In this document: positions 55,609-64,000 of the stretch, piece by piece
Numbering within the stretch: the first letter of the stretch is position 1
Layout: every line of letters starts with the position of its first letter
From: an uncultured virus (IMG/VR IMGVR_UViG_3300013121_000015)
Lineage: Duplodnaviria > Heunggongvirae > Uroviricota > Caudoviricetes
Reading direction: 5' to 3' (one strand)
DNA: 64,000 nt
IMG/VR virus record: IMGVR_UViG_3300013121_000015
Span: 62,001 to 126,000 of that record
Made by a program: the position numbers and the translations under genes
The notes under the pieces: model-generated
Seen by the model: only the letters and a program-made list of their open reading frames with translations
Databases searched by the model: none
What the model was told of the DNA's origin: nothing

Positions 55609-55940
55609 CGTGGACTCCTGACGACCAGCACCGCGCACAGGCTGGCCAGTCCGAGAAGGCGGACCCACCACGGGGACCGCGGCACTGGCGGCGGTACAGG
55701 CGGGCTGCGCTGGTCCGGTAGGGTGGGGCGGACCTGTTCGAGCACCAGCACGCGGTTGGCCAGCTCGCGCACGATCTGCTCCTGGTCCCTCATCGCCCGG
55801 CGCAACCGCGTCAACGTCCGGCGCGTCAGCTCCAGCTCGGCGCGCGTCTCGGCCCGCTCCCGCTCCGCCATCAGCAGGTCGTTGTTCAGCCTGGACACGC
55901 CGTCGCGGATCTCGGTCAGGTACGGCAGAAACTCGTCCAT
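55605..55940 (-). CDS. Coiled-coil protein with C-terminal TM helix (lysis-cassette-like)
   Basis: GGAGG SD; heptads then WWVRLLGLASLCAVLVV. Confidence 0.55.
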   Translation of the reverse strand: MDEFLPYLTEIRDGVSRLNNDLLMAERERAETRAELELTRRTLTRLRRAMRDQEQIVRELANRVLVLEQVRPTLPDQRSPPVPPPVPRSPWWVRLLGLASLCAVLVVRSPR

Positions 55941-56017
55941 TCATCCCTCCTCCGGTGCGGCAAATGGCGCACAGGACGACGTGGCGCGACCGGGGGCGTC
56001 CTGGGCGCGGTCGGCGG

Positions 56018-56209
56018 TCATGGCCCCACCGTGCCAGCAAACGTCTGGACCGCCTGGAGAGCCTGGATGGCCGCGGGACCACCCGCGATGGCCGCCAGCG
56101 CGCCCAGGATGGCCACGCTCAGCAAAACTCCGATCAGCCGTCGCAGGAAGAGGATCTCCTGGTCCCTGACGTGATCGGCCTCGTCGATGGTTGCCTGTGG
56201 ACGGCTCAT
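56018..56209 (-). CDS. Small membrane protein (holin-like?)
   Basis: One TM segment; overlaps the upstream stop. Confidence 0.5.
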   Translation of the reverse strand: MSRPQATIDEADHVRDQEILFLRRLIGVLLSVAILGALAAIAGGPAAIQALQAVQTFAGTVGP

Positions 56210-57588
56210 AGCAACTCTCCCATCGGCGGCCAGAAGTCCGCCGTCACGTTGGTCACCGTGGCCGCACCACCAGCCAGGGTATTGCGGTACGCGAAAAACC
56301 CGAAGGCCGGCGTAGACCAGCTCGCGCCGATCGTGCCGCCTCCGGACACGTCGTTATAGCCTCCGCTCACGCTGCCATAGCAGGAGTACGCCTTCGGTAG
56401 TGTACCTGGGGCGAAGATGTTGATTTGAAGGTTGCCCGTGGAGGTCAGGGCTGCCGGTCCGGCCGCAGTATCATTGACCGAGCAACCGCCACTGAGGGTC
56501 GCGGCGCTCTTTCCGATGGTACCCCACACTCCCCAGGACGACGGCGACCCGGATTGGCCGAACCAGAAGCCGGTCTGGTGGTAGGAGGCCGTCTCCTGGC
56601 TGCCCGCGTACGTGATCCGGATGGACGACGGCCCGCTGGGCGTCCACGTCACGGACGCGCCGGACGCGTTCTTGAGGTTGCCAGTGCCGTCCAGCTTCCA
56701 GAAGTCGAGCCGGCCAGTGGAGGGCTTGTTCGACGTCGTTCCGTAGCCGGCCGGGAGGCTGTAGCCGGACCCGCTCGGCACGATAGTCGCGGACGCGTCG
56801 GCCTGCGAAGTGTCTGGCGCGACGGGCGATCCGATGTTGACCCAGCTCCCCGCGATCTTCTGCTGGAGAACCGCGAGCGGGCTGCCGCTGCTCACGTAGG
56901 CATGGACCCGAACGCCCGTTACGGCAGTGCCGGGTTGAACCGACCCCCAGGCGCTGGAGCTGGTGCGCATCCAGGCCGTGATGCCGTGGCCCGCCACCGT
57001 CACAGCGCTACAGGCTGCGCCCGCCGAACCGCCGTCGCAGGTGCCTGAGTCTGAGGGGTCGCCCGTGACCGTGCAGGCGGATGCTGAATCGCACAGGAAA
57101 GTGATGGTCTGCCCATCGGCGTAGCCGGACAAGGCCGGGAGGTTCAGGGTGACGGTTCCCGACCCGGTGACGCGCACCACACCGGCTGCGGGCGTGCAGG
57201 GGCTGGAGCAGGCGATGGAGCCCGCGCCGGCCCAGACGATGGCGTCCCGCGCCCCCGCCGCGGTGCTGCTCCCGGTGCCACCGTAGCCGACCGCTACTGC
57301 CGTGCCCTGCCAGGCCCCCGTCCCCACCGTGCCCAGCGTCGTGATGCTGCCGGAGCCCGTCCAGGTGCTCGGGTTGACCGCGCCCCAGGAGGTCAGGTCC
57401 GCGTCATACGCCTGGACATCCGACCCGACCGCAACCCCGAGCGCTGTCCTGGCGCCCGCAGCCGTCGTCGCCCCGGTGCCGCCCTGCGAGACCGCGACGA
57501 CCCGGGTGTACCCGAGCAGACCCGCGAGGGACAGCAGGACGATCCCGAGGGTGAGGAGACGCCGACGAAAGGTGGAGGTGTGCGCCAT
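56206..57588 (-). CDS. Tail-fibre-like Gly/Ser/Thr-rich protein with N-terminal hydrophobic segment
   Basis: Two GGTG.(T/S)TAAGAR repeats, DVQAYDADL, TGAWQGTAVAVGYGGTG. Confidence 0.65.
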   Translation of the reverse strand: MAHTSTFRRRLLTLGIVLLSLAGLLGYTRVVAVSQGGTGATTAAGARTALGVAVGSDVQAYDADLTSWGAVNPSTWTGSGSITTLGTVGTGAWQGTAVAVGYGGTGSSTAAGARDAIVWAGAGSIACSSPCTPAAGVVRVTGSGTVTLNLPALSGYADGQTITFLCDSASACTVTGDPSDSGTCDGGSAGAACSAVTVAGHGITAWMRTSSSAWGSVQPGTAVTGVRVHAYVSSGSPLAVLQQKIAGSWVNIGSPVAPDTSQADASATIVPSGSGYSLPAGYGTTSNKPSTGRLDFWKLDGTGNLKNASGASVTWTPSGPSSIRITYAGSQETASYHQTGFWFGQSGSPSSWGVWGTIGKSAATLSGGCSVNDTAAGPAALTSTGNLQINIFAPGTLPKAYSCYGSVSGGYNDVSGGGTIGASWSTPAFGFFAYRNTLAGGAATVTNVTADFWPPMGELL

Positions 57589-58091
57589 CAGTACACCACG
57601 ATGTTGGAGCCGTCAGACTCGTAGATGTGGGCGTCGCCCGGGTTCAAGGTCATGGTCAGGTCCCCGCCCACGGTCTCAGACCCGTTCCCGTCCACGGTCA
57701 CGACCACGCCGGACCCGACCGCGGCAGCGTTGGCGATCCGCACGCTCCGACCAGCCCAGCCGGTCGCCGCCGGCAGCGTGAAGGTCAGCGTGGCCGTGCC
57801 CTCGAAGCTAGTTCCAGCCTGGATGTTCGCCAGCGTGATCGGGTAGCTGCTGGCCTTGGACGAGACCGCCCGGACCGACGGCTCGACCACGGTGGCGCCG
57901 TCCTGGCCCAGCAGGCGCAGGACCTCGTTGTTGAACCCCCGCATGGTGGTACTCCTCTCCGCGTCGCCGCGCAGGCGTCGCAGCGCGCGCAGGACCCGCT
58001 CGTTGAAGGGCACGCCGACCCGAACCGTGACCGGTCGCCCGCGCGCGGCGCACAGGGCTTCCAGAGCATTCAGTCCGGCCAGGGTCAGCAC
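57588..58091 (-). CDS. Tail-fibre-associated small beta protein
   Basis: FTLPAA..GRSVRI..VTVDGNGSETVGG..SDGSN. Confidence 0.6.
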   Translation of the reverse strand: MLTLAGLNALEALCAARGRPVTVRVGVPFNERVLRALRRLRGDAERSTTMRGFNNEVLRLLGQDGATVVEPSVRAVSSKASSYPITLANIQAGTSFEGTATLTFTLPAATGWAGRSVRIANAAAVGSGVVVTVDGNGSETVGGDLTMTLNPGDAHIYESDGSNIVVY

Positions 58092-58146
58092 GATGCCTCC
58101 TGCGCGCGGGCTATCGTGCTCTCCGGATCTGTCGATTCCAGAGGTG

Positions 58147-58210
58147 GTCTACCGTGGTAGACATTTTTCTCGCGTGGAGGGCTTGCGCATGATTACGATA
58201 TCGTAATAGT
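58147..58210 (+). promoter_or_regulatory. Divergent control region: palindrome copy, TTGCGC -35-like site, 16-bp palindrome ATTACGATATCGTAAT
   Basis: 58147-58164 identical to 6130-6147; TTGCGC at 58183; perfect palindrome 58192-58207. Confidence 0.65.
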
Positions 58211-58256
58211 GTGCAGGCATGAGCAGCGCCGGGCTGGCGCTGACGAGGAGGTACCC

Positions 58257-58631
58257 GTGGACCAGTTCTTCACTATGAACGGCCAGACCTACCTGACCGA
58301 CCAGGAGACCCTGGGCTTGCTCCGGGAGATCATCCCCTCGGCCCGGCAGACCCAGGACTGGTCCGCCGTGGCTGCCGTGATGGCCCTCGGCCTCCAGGGT
58401 GGGCGTATCGTGGCGCTCGTCGCACGCCGCTACGTACCGGCGGACCGGGACTCCACCGCGCCGGAACTGCACGTCGCAGATCCGAGGGCGGGAGACGTGG
58501 TCTACCTGCACGACGACCGGGACGGGTCCTGGCTCCCGCTCCTCCGCCGCAACCTCGACGGGTACGTGCTGGCGGACCCGGACCGCGACCGTCTGACCCT
58601 CACGCAGACGCACGCCCAGGACTCCGCATGA
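58257..58631 (+). CDS. Hypothetical protein
   Basis: GAGGAGGT SD, GTG start. Confidence 0.6.
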   Translation: MDQFFTMNGQTYLTDQETLGLLREIIPSARQTQDWSAVAAVMALGLQGGRIVALVARRYVPADRDSTAPELHVADPRAGDVVYLHDDRDGSWLPLLRRNLDGYVLADPDRDRLTLTQTHAQDSA

Positions 58632-58945
58632 CGACCACCGGCTACACCACCCGGGGCCGGGGGTCCGGCGCGTGCGGCCACGTCCACCCGGACAAGTCCG
58701 ACGCCCAGGCGTGCCTCGACGTGTTCCGGGCGGGCTGCGAACTCCGGGGCGTCCCCTGCGACCGCAAGGTCGTGCCGTGGCGTCCGAAGGGCCGCAAGCC
58801 CCAGGGCGACCGCACCCGGGACGCGCAGGTACTCGTGCGCCTCACCGCGGACGAGATCCAGGCCCTCGACCAGATCCGGGGCGACCTCTCCCGCGCCGGC
58901 TGGTGCCACGCGGTACTCGCGCCGACCTTGCGGGCTCGGACCTGA
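58628..58945 (+). CDS. Putative ribbon-helix-helix regulator
   Basis: GRKP..QVLVRLTADEIQALDQIRGDLSRAGW. Confidence 0.55.
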   Translation: MTTTGYTTRGRGSGACGHVHPDKSDAQACLDVFRAGCELRGVPCDRKVVPWRPKGRKPQGDRTRDAQVLVRLTADEIQALDQIRGDLSRAGWCHAVLAPTLRART

Positions 58946-59004
58946 TTCGGGTAGACCTTTCTCGACGCTGATCTCTCTCCTGTTCCAGTCCCTCGGAGGA
59001 CACC

Positions 59005-60144
59005 ATGCACCACGCCACCCTGACCACCATGATCTTCGCGCTCACCGCTGGACTCGCCTCGGGTTGCCGGGGTGGGCAGGAGCAGGAGTGTCCCGGCTGG
59101 GAGTCGGGACAGCAGGACACGGGGGACGAGGCTGGCGAGGAGACCCCGTACCTGGACGTCATCGCAGAGATCGACCTGTCCTCCAACGACACCTACGGCC
59201 AGATCGTCTGGTACGACGCCGGGAAGGCGTTCGCGGTCAGCTTCCCTGGAGCCACGGACGGAGCCGGTAGGGTGGCACTGCTGAGCGCCACGGGCGAGAC
59301 CCTGGCCTCCGTCACGGGGCCGTCCACCTCTACCGGACTCGGCGCCACCCTGACCGTCGTCGATGACCTGCTCGTCTCTGGTGCGACTGATGGCACCGTG
59401 TACGCATGGTCGATGGAGACGGGCGACTCCGGACAGGTGGACGATCTCGCCGTGGCAACCGTGACGGGTGCTGGCGCAGCTCCAGCCGTCGCGCAGGTCG
59501 CCGACGAGCTGTGGATCGCGGACTCTGGGTCAGGGTCGCTCTACGCCGTCGATCTCGCCGATCTGCGAGACCAGGACCTCGGCACGCTGACGCCGGTGTC
59601 CAGACCGTGCGGCGACGTGAGTGGGTGCGGGATCTCCATGGTCGCCGCACCGGACGACTCGGGCGCGCTCCTCGGCCTCACCGGAGGCTACGCGCAGCAT
59701 GTAAACGCGCGTGGCCAGCCGGACTGGTACGCCGCTGGCGGCTTCGTGCTGGCCGGCAGCGTGCCGGACGCGCCCGCTGGCGAGACCAGCGTGTCCATGG
59801 ACAGCGAGGGCTTCCTTGTGGGCGGCTACCGCGACGGTCCCGCGCTTCCGCCGTCTGGGCGCTGGATCGCGGCGGACGGCTACGAGGCAGGCGACGTCGA
59901 GCCCTACCTGACGGCGGCCACCACTGGGATCCTGGACGGCGTCGAGTACCGGGCGGTCAGCATGACGGGCACGCTCTGGCGGCTCGGCGTGGACCCCAAG
60001 AGCGGCGACGGGCTCCTGACCGGTGACGCTGTGGATACGGCTTGCGCAATGCCGATCATCGCGAACAACGGGTGGGCGAAGATCGCTGTGATCTGCTCTG
60101 GCGAGACCGCGGCCACGATCTATGAGATTGGCTGGAAGAACTGA
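59005..60144 (+). CDS. Putative lipoprotein, beta-propeller-like
   Basis: Lipobox LASGC; acidic beta-repeat composition. Confidence 0.65.
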   Translation: MHHATLTTMIFALTAGLASGCRGGQEQECPGWESGQQDTGDEAGEETPYLDVIAEIDLSSNDTYGQIVWYDAGKAFAVSFPGATDGAGRVALLSATGETLASVTGPSTSTGLGATLTVVDDLLVSGATDGTVYAWSMETGDSGQVDDLAVATVTGAGAAPAVAQVADELWIADSGSGSLYAVDLADLRDQDLGTLTPVSRPCGDVSGCGISMVAAPDDSGALLGLTGGYAQHVNARGQPDWYAAGGFVLAGSVPDAPAGETSVSMDSEGFLVGGYRDGPALPPSGRWIAADGYEAGDVEPYLTAATTGILDGVEYRAVSMTGTLWRLGVDPKSGDGLLTGDAVDTACAMPIIANNGWAKIAVICSGETAATIYEIGWKN

Positions 60145-60513
60145 CCGACTGCGCCCTTCGCGTCTTGACTTGCTGGCCGACCTTCTGACTCTCTGTCAGA
60201 TCGTCGGCCAGAATGCTTAGGGTGTACCGGCATTCCGTATAGGCGCATCGAAAAGTGCGCCCCGAAGGTGGACACGGGTCGCCGGGTGAGCGAAGATGGT
60301 CCCACAACGAGAACGGGCCGACCCGGAGTCTTCACCTCCGAGCCGGCCCTGAGCCGAGGGACCGATGTACGCGACCCCCACAGCCTGCCCTGGAGCCTAC
60401 CAGGGCAGCCGCCAGCACGCCAGCACGCGCACCTGAGACCCCGGCTCGGGTGGACGGGTCCTTGCCCGCCACTCCGACCACCCGACCACCCGGCGGGCAG
60501 GAGCGCGACCCAC

Positions 60514-61077
60514 ATGACGATGACCGACACCTCCTCGACCTTGACGACCGCGACGACCCCGACCGCCACCACGGCCCCCTGGACCTACGCCGACGTGCGC
60601 GGCGCGTATCAGGGCGACAGGCTGATCGCCTTCGCGGAGCGCCAGGGCCTCGCGACCGGAGACGCTGACCCGATCCCCCTGCCGGCCCTGCTGCGCGCCG
60701 GCTACCTGCGCGGCGAGCGGGACGCCTACTTCCGCCTGGGGCTCGTCGCTGGGCTCCTGGCGCGCTCGCACCGGGCGGTCCTGGTGCGCTGGGCCGGGGA
60801 GGTCTCGGCGCGCGCCCGCGCCCGCCTGGGGGCCCTGCCGGCGCGGGCGGACACCCTGGCGACCGTGATCGAGTCCGGCGCCGACCCGAGCCGCGCGGGC
60901 AGCGCCGTCCCGGACCTGCTGGGCCAGTTCGCCAGCGTCGCCGAGGTCCAGGCCAAGCGGGCCCAGGACGTGCGGGCCGGGGGCCGGGCCTACGGGCAGG
61001 TCTGGGCCTGGGGCGTGCGCCGGCTGGTCGCGCTGCTGGACGAGGCTGGGGTGTGCGCGCTCCAAGCCGCGGCGTGA
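60514..61077 (+). CDS. Hypothetical protein
   Basis: AGGAG SD. Confidence 0.6.
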   Translation: MTMTDTSSTLTTATTPTATTAPWTYADVRGAYQGDRLIAFAERQGLATGDADPIPLPALLRAGYLRGERDAYFRLGLVAGLLARSHRAVLVRWAGEVSARARARLGALPARADTLATVIESGADPSRAGSAVPDLLGQFASVAEVQAKRAQDVRAGGRAYGQVWAWGVRRLVALLDEAGVCALQAAA

Positions 61078-61087
61078 GATAGTCTCG

Positions 61088-61155
61088 CCCAGCTCATCCA
61101 CCACGCGTGGAAGGAGTCAGGAGGCCGCCCCCGTGGGCGGTCTTCGCGCTTCTGG
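61088..61155 (+). repeat. ~68-bp dispersed repeat, copy 2
   Basis: Matches 32948-33015; follows a stop codon. Confidence 0.85.
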
Positions 61156-61328
61156 ACGGTCGCCAACGCGCCGTGCGGTGGGTGAGGACGGTGCTGGCGG
61201 TCCGGGGGACGGGGACGAGGGCGGCTGGCGGCGTAGTGGTTGCTGGATCTTCAGGTTTCCCTTAATCAGCCCTGGTCCCCATGGACTTGGGGGCTGAGGA
61301 ACCGAAACCCGGCCGCTGGAGCACGCAC

Positions 61329-62312
61329 ATGTCCAAGGTGCATGTATTTGGGGTGCGCGTTGAAGAGAATGAAGAATACCCCTTTGATACGTTCCTCTTG
61401 GACAAGATCGGGTTGAAGAAGAGCACGCCGATCCAGGACTTCGGCTCCACCGTCGGACCTGCACATCAGCGCCTCATGTGGCTCGGCTGGCTGGACCAGG
61501 AGCGTGGTCTGCTGGCTGGGATGATCTGCACCCCGAAGCGGGAGAGCAGCTATTCAGTGCTCACCGAGGGCCACGACGGGGAGCAGACCATCAAGTTGCT
61601 TGATCTGAACTCGGATGCGCGCGAGTTGAACTTCTTCCTCTACTCCTCCAAGCTCCGCGCCCTGGTCTACCAGCACAAGCACGGGACGCTCGGACCCCAC
61701 GGGTTCATGGACCTGCTCAGGGTCCATTACAACCAGGGGAAGAAGGACCTCAAGAAAGAGGAATTGGAGCAGTACACTGGCAAGAAGAAGGGGGAGCAGG
61801 CCATCCGAAGCCGCTACAAGCACCCCCTGCGTCACTCCGTGCTGGCCCGGGAGGGAGCCCTTGCCGAGTTCGTCGGCAACCTGGAGCGTGGCAAGATCAT
61901 CATCGACATCGAGTGCAACTACCAGGACGATGATCGTGACGGGCTGGGCGCCTTCATCGCGAAGCGCAGGGAGGTCATCACGCTCAAGACCATCGATCCG
62001 ACCCTCCGGGAACGGTTCGCCCAGGCGCTCAGTCGGTTCACGAAAACGGCGGGCCCCAAGGCGCGGATCAAGGGACGCACCGAGGAGGGCGAGGAGGAGT
62101 CGCTGTACCTGGATGACGCGCTCAACAAGCTCGCCCTGCACACCTTCGAGCACGACGCATGGATGGAGCATCTGTCAGGGGAAGCGTCTTTCAAGTTCGA
62201 CACTTTCCCGATGGATTCCAGGACGCTGGACGTGCTTGCACCCATCCAGGCCCTGCACGATATTCTGATCGAGCGCGATGCCGAACTGGCCTTGCCGACC
62301 GGCGAGCACTAA
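61329..62312 (+). CDS. Hypothetical soluble protein (lower-GC cassette)
   Basis: GGAG SD; Lys/Glu-rich. Confidence 0.7.
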   Translation: MSKVHVFGVRVEENEEYPFDTFLLDKIGLKKSTPIQDFGSTVGPAHQRLMWLGWLDQERGLLAGMICTPKRESSYSVLTEGHDGEQTIKLLDLNSDARELNFFLYSSKLRALVYQHKHGTLGPHGFMDLLRVHYNQGKKDLKKEELEQYTGKKKGEQAIRSRYKHPLRHSVLAREGALAEFVGNLERGKIIIDIECNYQDDDRDGLGAFIAKRREVITLKTIDPTLRERFAQALSRFTKTAGPKARIKGRTEEGEEESLYLDDALNKLALHTFEHDAWMEHLSGEASFKFDTFPMDSRTLDVLAPIQALHDILIERDAELALPTGEH

Positions 62313-62346
62313 GCCACCCCAGGACGCGCCAGAGAAGGAGCAGGTG

Positions 62347-62820
62347 ATGAGCACCATCTGGGACCTGTTCATGGAGGGGTATCGGGAGCTGACCGGGCCC
62401 GGCTACGCCACGATCCGAGGGTCGCTGTTCAGCGGCTTCCTGTCGCTCGGCGGCCTGGTGCTGGCGTCCTTGACCTTCACCACCACCCGGGTCGGGGAGT
62501 TGATGAAGCAGCCCCCAGCGCAGGAGCGGTTCCGGCGCGTGTTGAAGTTCAACCCCCAGGCGTCGCTGGTCTCACCGCTTCGCAAGAGCGCCATCCTGAC
62601 CAAGCGCGCCGCGGTGCTCTGCTTCTTCACCGCGCTGTGCCAGATCACGCTCGGAATGCCTGCCAGCGCGACGCTGCGGGGCTTCTGCGTGACCATGGCC
62701 ATCGTCACAGGTGTCTACGTCGCGCACCTCGCCTGGCGCAGCGTCAACGTCTACCACGCGTGGTTGGACGAGTACGACCAGAACATTCGCGAAGAGGCCC
62801 AGCAGCGGAAGGCGTCGTAG
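62347..62820 (+). CDS. Membrane protein, about 3 TM helices
   Basis: AAGGAG SD; three hydrophobic segments. Confidence 0.7.
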   Translation: MSTIWDLFMEGYRELTGPGYATIRGSLFSGFLSLGGLVLASLTFTTTRVGELMKQPPAQERFRRVLKFNPQASLVSPLRKSAILTKRAAVLCFFTALCQITLGMPASATLRGFCVTMAIVTGVYVAHLAWRSVNVYHAWLDEYDQNIREEAQQRKAS

Positions 62821-62828
62821 ACCCGTCG

Positions 62829-63233
62829 ATGAGTCCGGGAAGTCGCACCCCCTACCCCGGCCTGACGCCCGCCCAGCTCCTCGTGGCCCAGGCGCTGGCC
62901 GCCAGCCCCCGCTGGACGTCCCGCCCGGGCCTGTGCGCCCTCCGCGCTGACGGGTCCCTGGTCGAGTCCAGGACCGCCGCGGACTGGCCTGCGGGGGGCG
63001 TGCCCTACCTGCCCGACGCGATCATGATCGGGCACCTGCTGGACCTGCTCGACAAGGCGTGCTCTCCGGTCGCGCAGGTCGAGTTCGGGACGCGGCGCGG
63101 CGGTCGGGTCTACTGCACGCTCCGGGCCATGGGCGGGTACGAGCGGACCTGGGAAGGCGACCTCTTCGCCGAAGTCCTGGGCGCCGCGCTGGTCGCCAGG
63201 TGGCAGGCGATGGACCGCCAGCGCGCGCGCTGA
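62829..63233 (+). CDS. Hypothetical protein
   Basis: ORF fills the gap before the convergent gene. Confidence 0.5.
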   Translation: MSPGSRTPYPGLTPAQLLVAQALAASPRWTSRPGLCALRADGSLVESRTAADWPAGGVPYLPDAIMIGHLLDLLDKACSPVAQVEFGTRRGGRVYCTLRAMGGYERTWEGDLFAEVLGAALVARWQAMDRQRAR

Positions 63234-63355
63234 CTTTCTCGTCACAGACCCGACCCCTGGGGCCATGTAAGGATGACGGCTGCCACCGTCGCCTGGGACG
63301 AGCCGGGGCGGGTGTTTGTTGGTTGTCGAGCCCGCCCCGGCTCTACGGCACCGTC

Positions 63356-64000
63356 CTACCCCAGCAGCGACAGCCCCTTCCAGCGGGGCGCCCACACGTC
63401 GAACGTGACCTGACACCCGCCCCGGGTCCAGGACAGCTCCACGATGGTCGCGTGGACGTTCGTGAAGGCTGCGCGCGCCGGGTCCGTGTAGTACCCGCTC
63501 ATCCCGGGTCGGAGGGTGAGGAAGGCGGCAGGGAACGCGCTCCAGGTCACGCGGTAGCGGGGGACCGCCCGGTGCATGACGGTCCAGGCGAGCACGTACC
63601 GGGCCAGGGCGTCCGAGAAGATCAGGGGCGAGTCCAGGGTGTCGGCCACGCGCCGCCCGTCGTACCGCTCCGACAGGGCGCACAGCGGGCTGGTGGACGC
63701 GTCGATCTGGATCGTGGACGCGTAGTCGTCGTCCTGGGCGTCGTAGTTGTAGCGCAACTCGAAGCTGTTGTACCGGTCGTCCCGGCTGGACTCCGTATAG
63801 TCCGACTCCCGGAAGATCAGCGGGCCCGTCCCACCGGTCAGCCGGAACTCGACGCCGCGCCCGCCCGCTCCGAACGCGCGAGACAGCACGACCGGCCCCA
63901 CGCCGCGCCCGCTGTAGGTCAGGTGGATCATCGGGAAGGACTGGAGGAACGTGCCCTCGACGTAGGAGAGCATGTCCACGCCCTCGTCTCCGGAGCTGTT
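63356..64000 (-). CDS. C-terminal part of a probable tail/baseplate structural protein
   Basis: Frame open to the window edge; ends LTLRPG....ATIVELSW....VTF, a hub-protein-like pattern. Confidence 0.5.
   Translation of the reverse strand, partial: NSSGDEGVDMLSYVEGTFLQSFPMIHLTYSGRGVGPVVLSRAFGAGGRGVEFRLTGGTGPLIFRESDYTESSRDDRYNSFELRYNYDAQDDDYASTIQIDASTSPLCALSERYDGRRVADTLDSPLIFSDALARYVLAWTVMHRAVPRYRVTWSAFPAAFLTLRPGMSGYYTDPARAAFTNVHATIVELSWTRGGCQVTFDVWAPRWKGLSLLG

Noticed and set aside
17501..60710. GGCTACC hits inside coding regions (e.g. 17501, 23111, 39820, 52713, 60700)
   Set aside because: Explained by ordinary codons and not tied to a start codon or SD; not counted as motif copies

Overview
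High-GC segment of a large temperate phage or phage-like element, read by eye only with no database searches. It appears to be in the excised state: a tyrosine integrase is followed by an attP-like 3' half of tRNA-Pro(TGG), with element-type genes on both sides. Positions 1-50 kb are almost all + strand small genes plus DNA-metabolism genes: three SF2 helicases, DnaN, DnaQ-like exonuclease, sigma-70-family factor, Dam-like MTase, UDG-like protein, HslV-like peptidase and PP2C. An array-less type IV-B CRISPR-effector locus (csf1, cas11-like, csf2, csf3, cysH-like) is interleaved with an MTase and ibrA/ibrB-like genes. There are four PAPS-reductase-fold genes and a solo HTH-Csx17 (Cas8 of type I-G) fusion. 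About 37 gene starts carry a dispersed GGCTACCTCC motif that usually pairs with the downstream Shine-Dalgarno. A separate sigma70-promoter region at 51.4-55 kb has structured leaders, including a type III hammerhead ribozyme that overlaps an RBS. Minus-strand tail-fibre-like and membrane genes lie at 55-58 kb and at the right end. The host is uncertain; the DnaN and lipoprotein character suggest Myxococcota/Deltaproteobacteria (inference).
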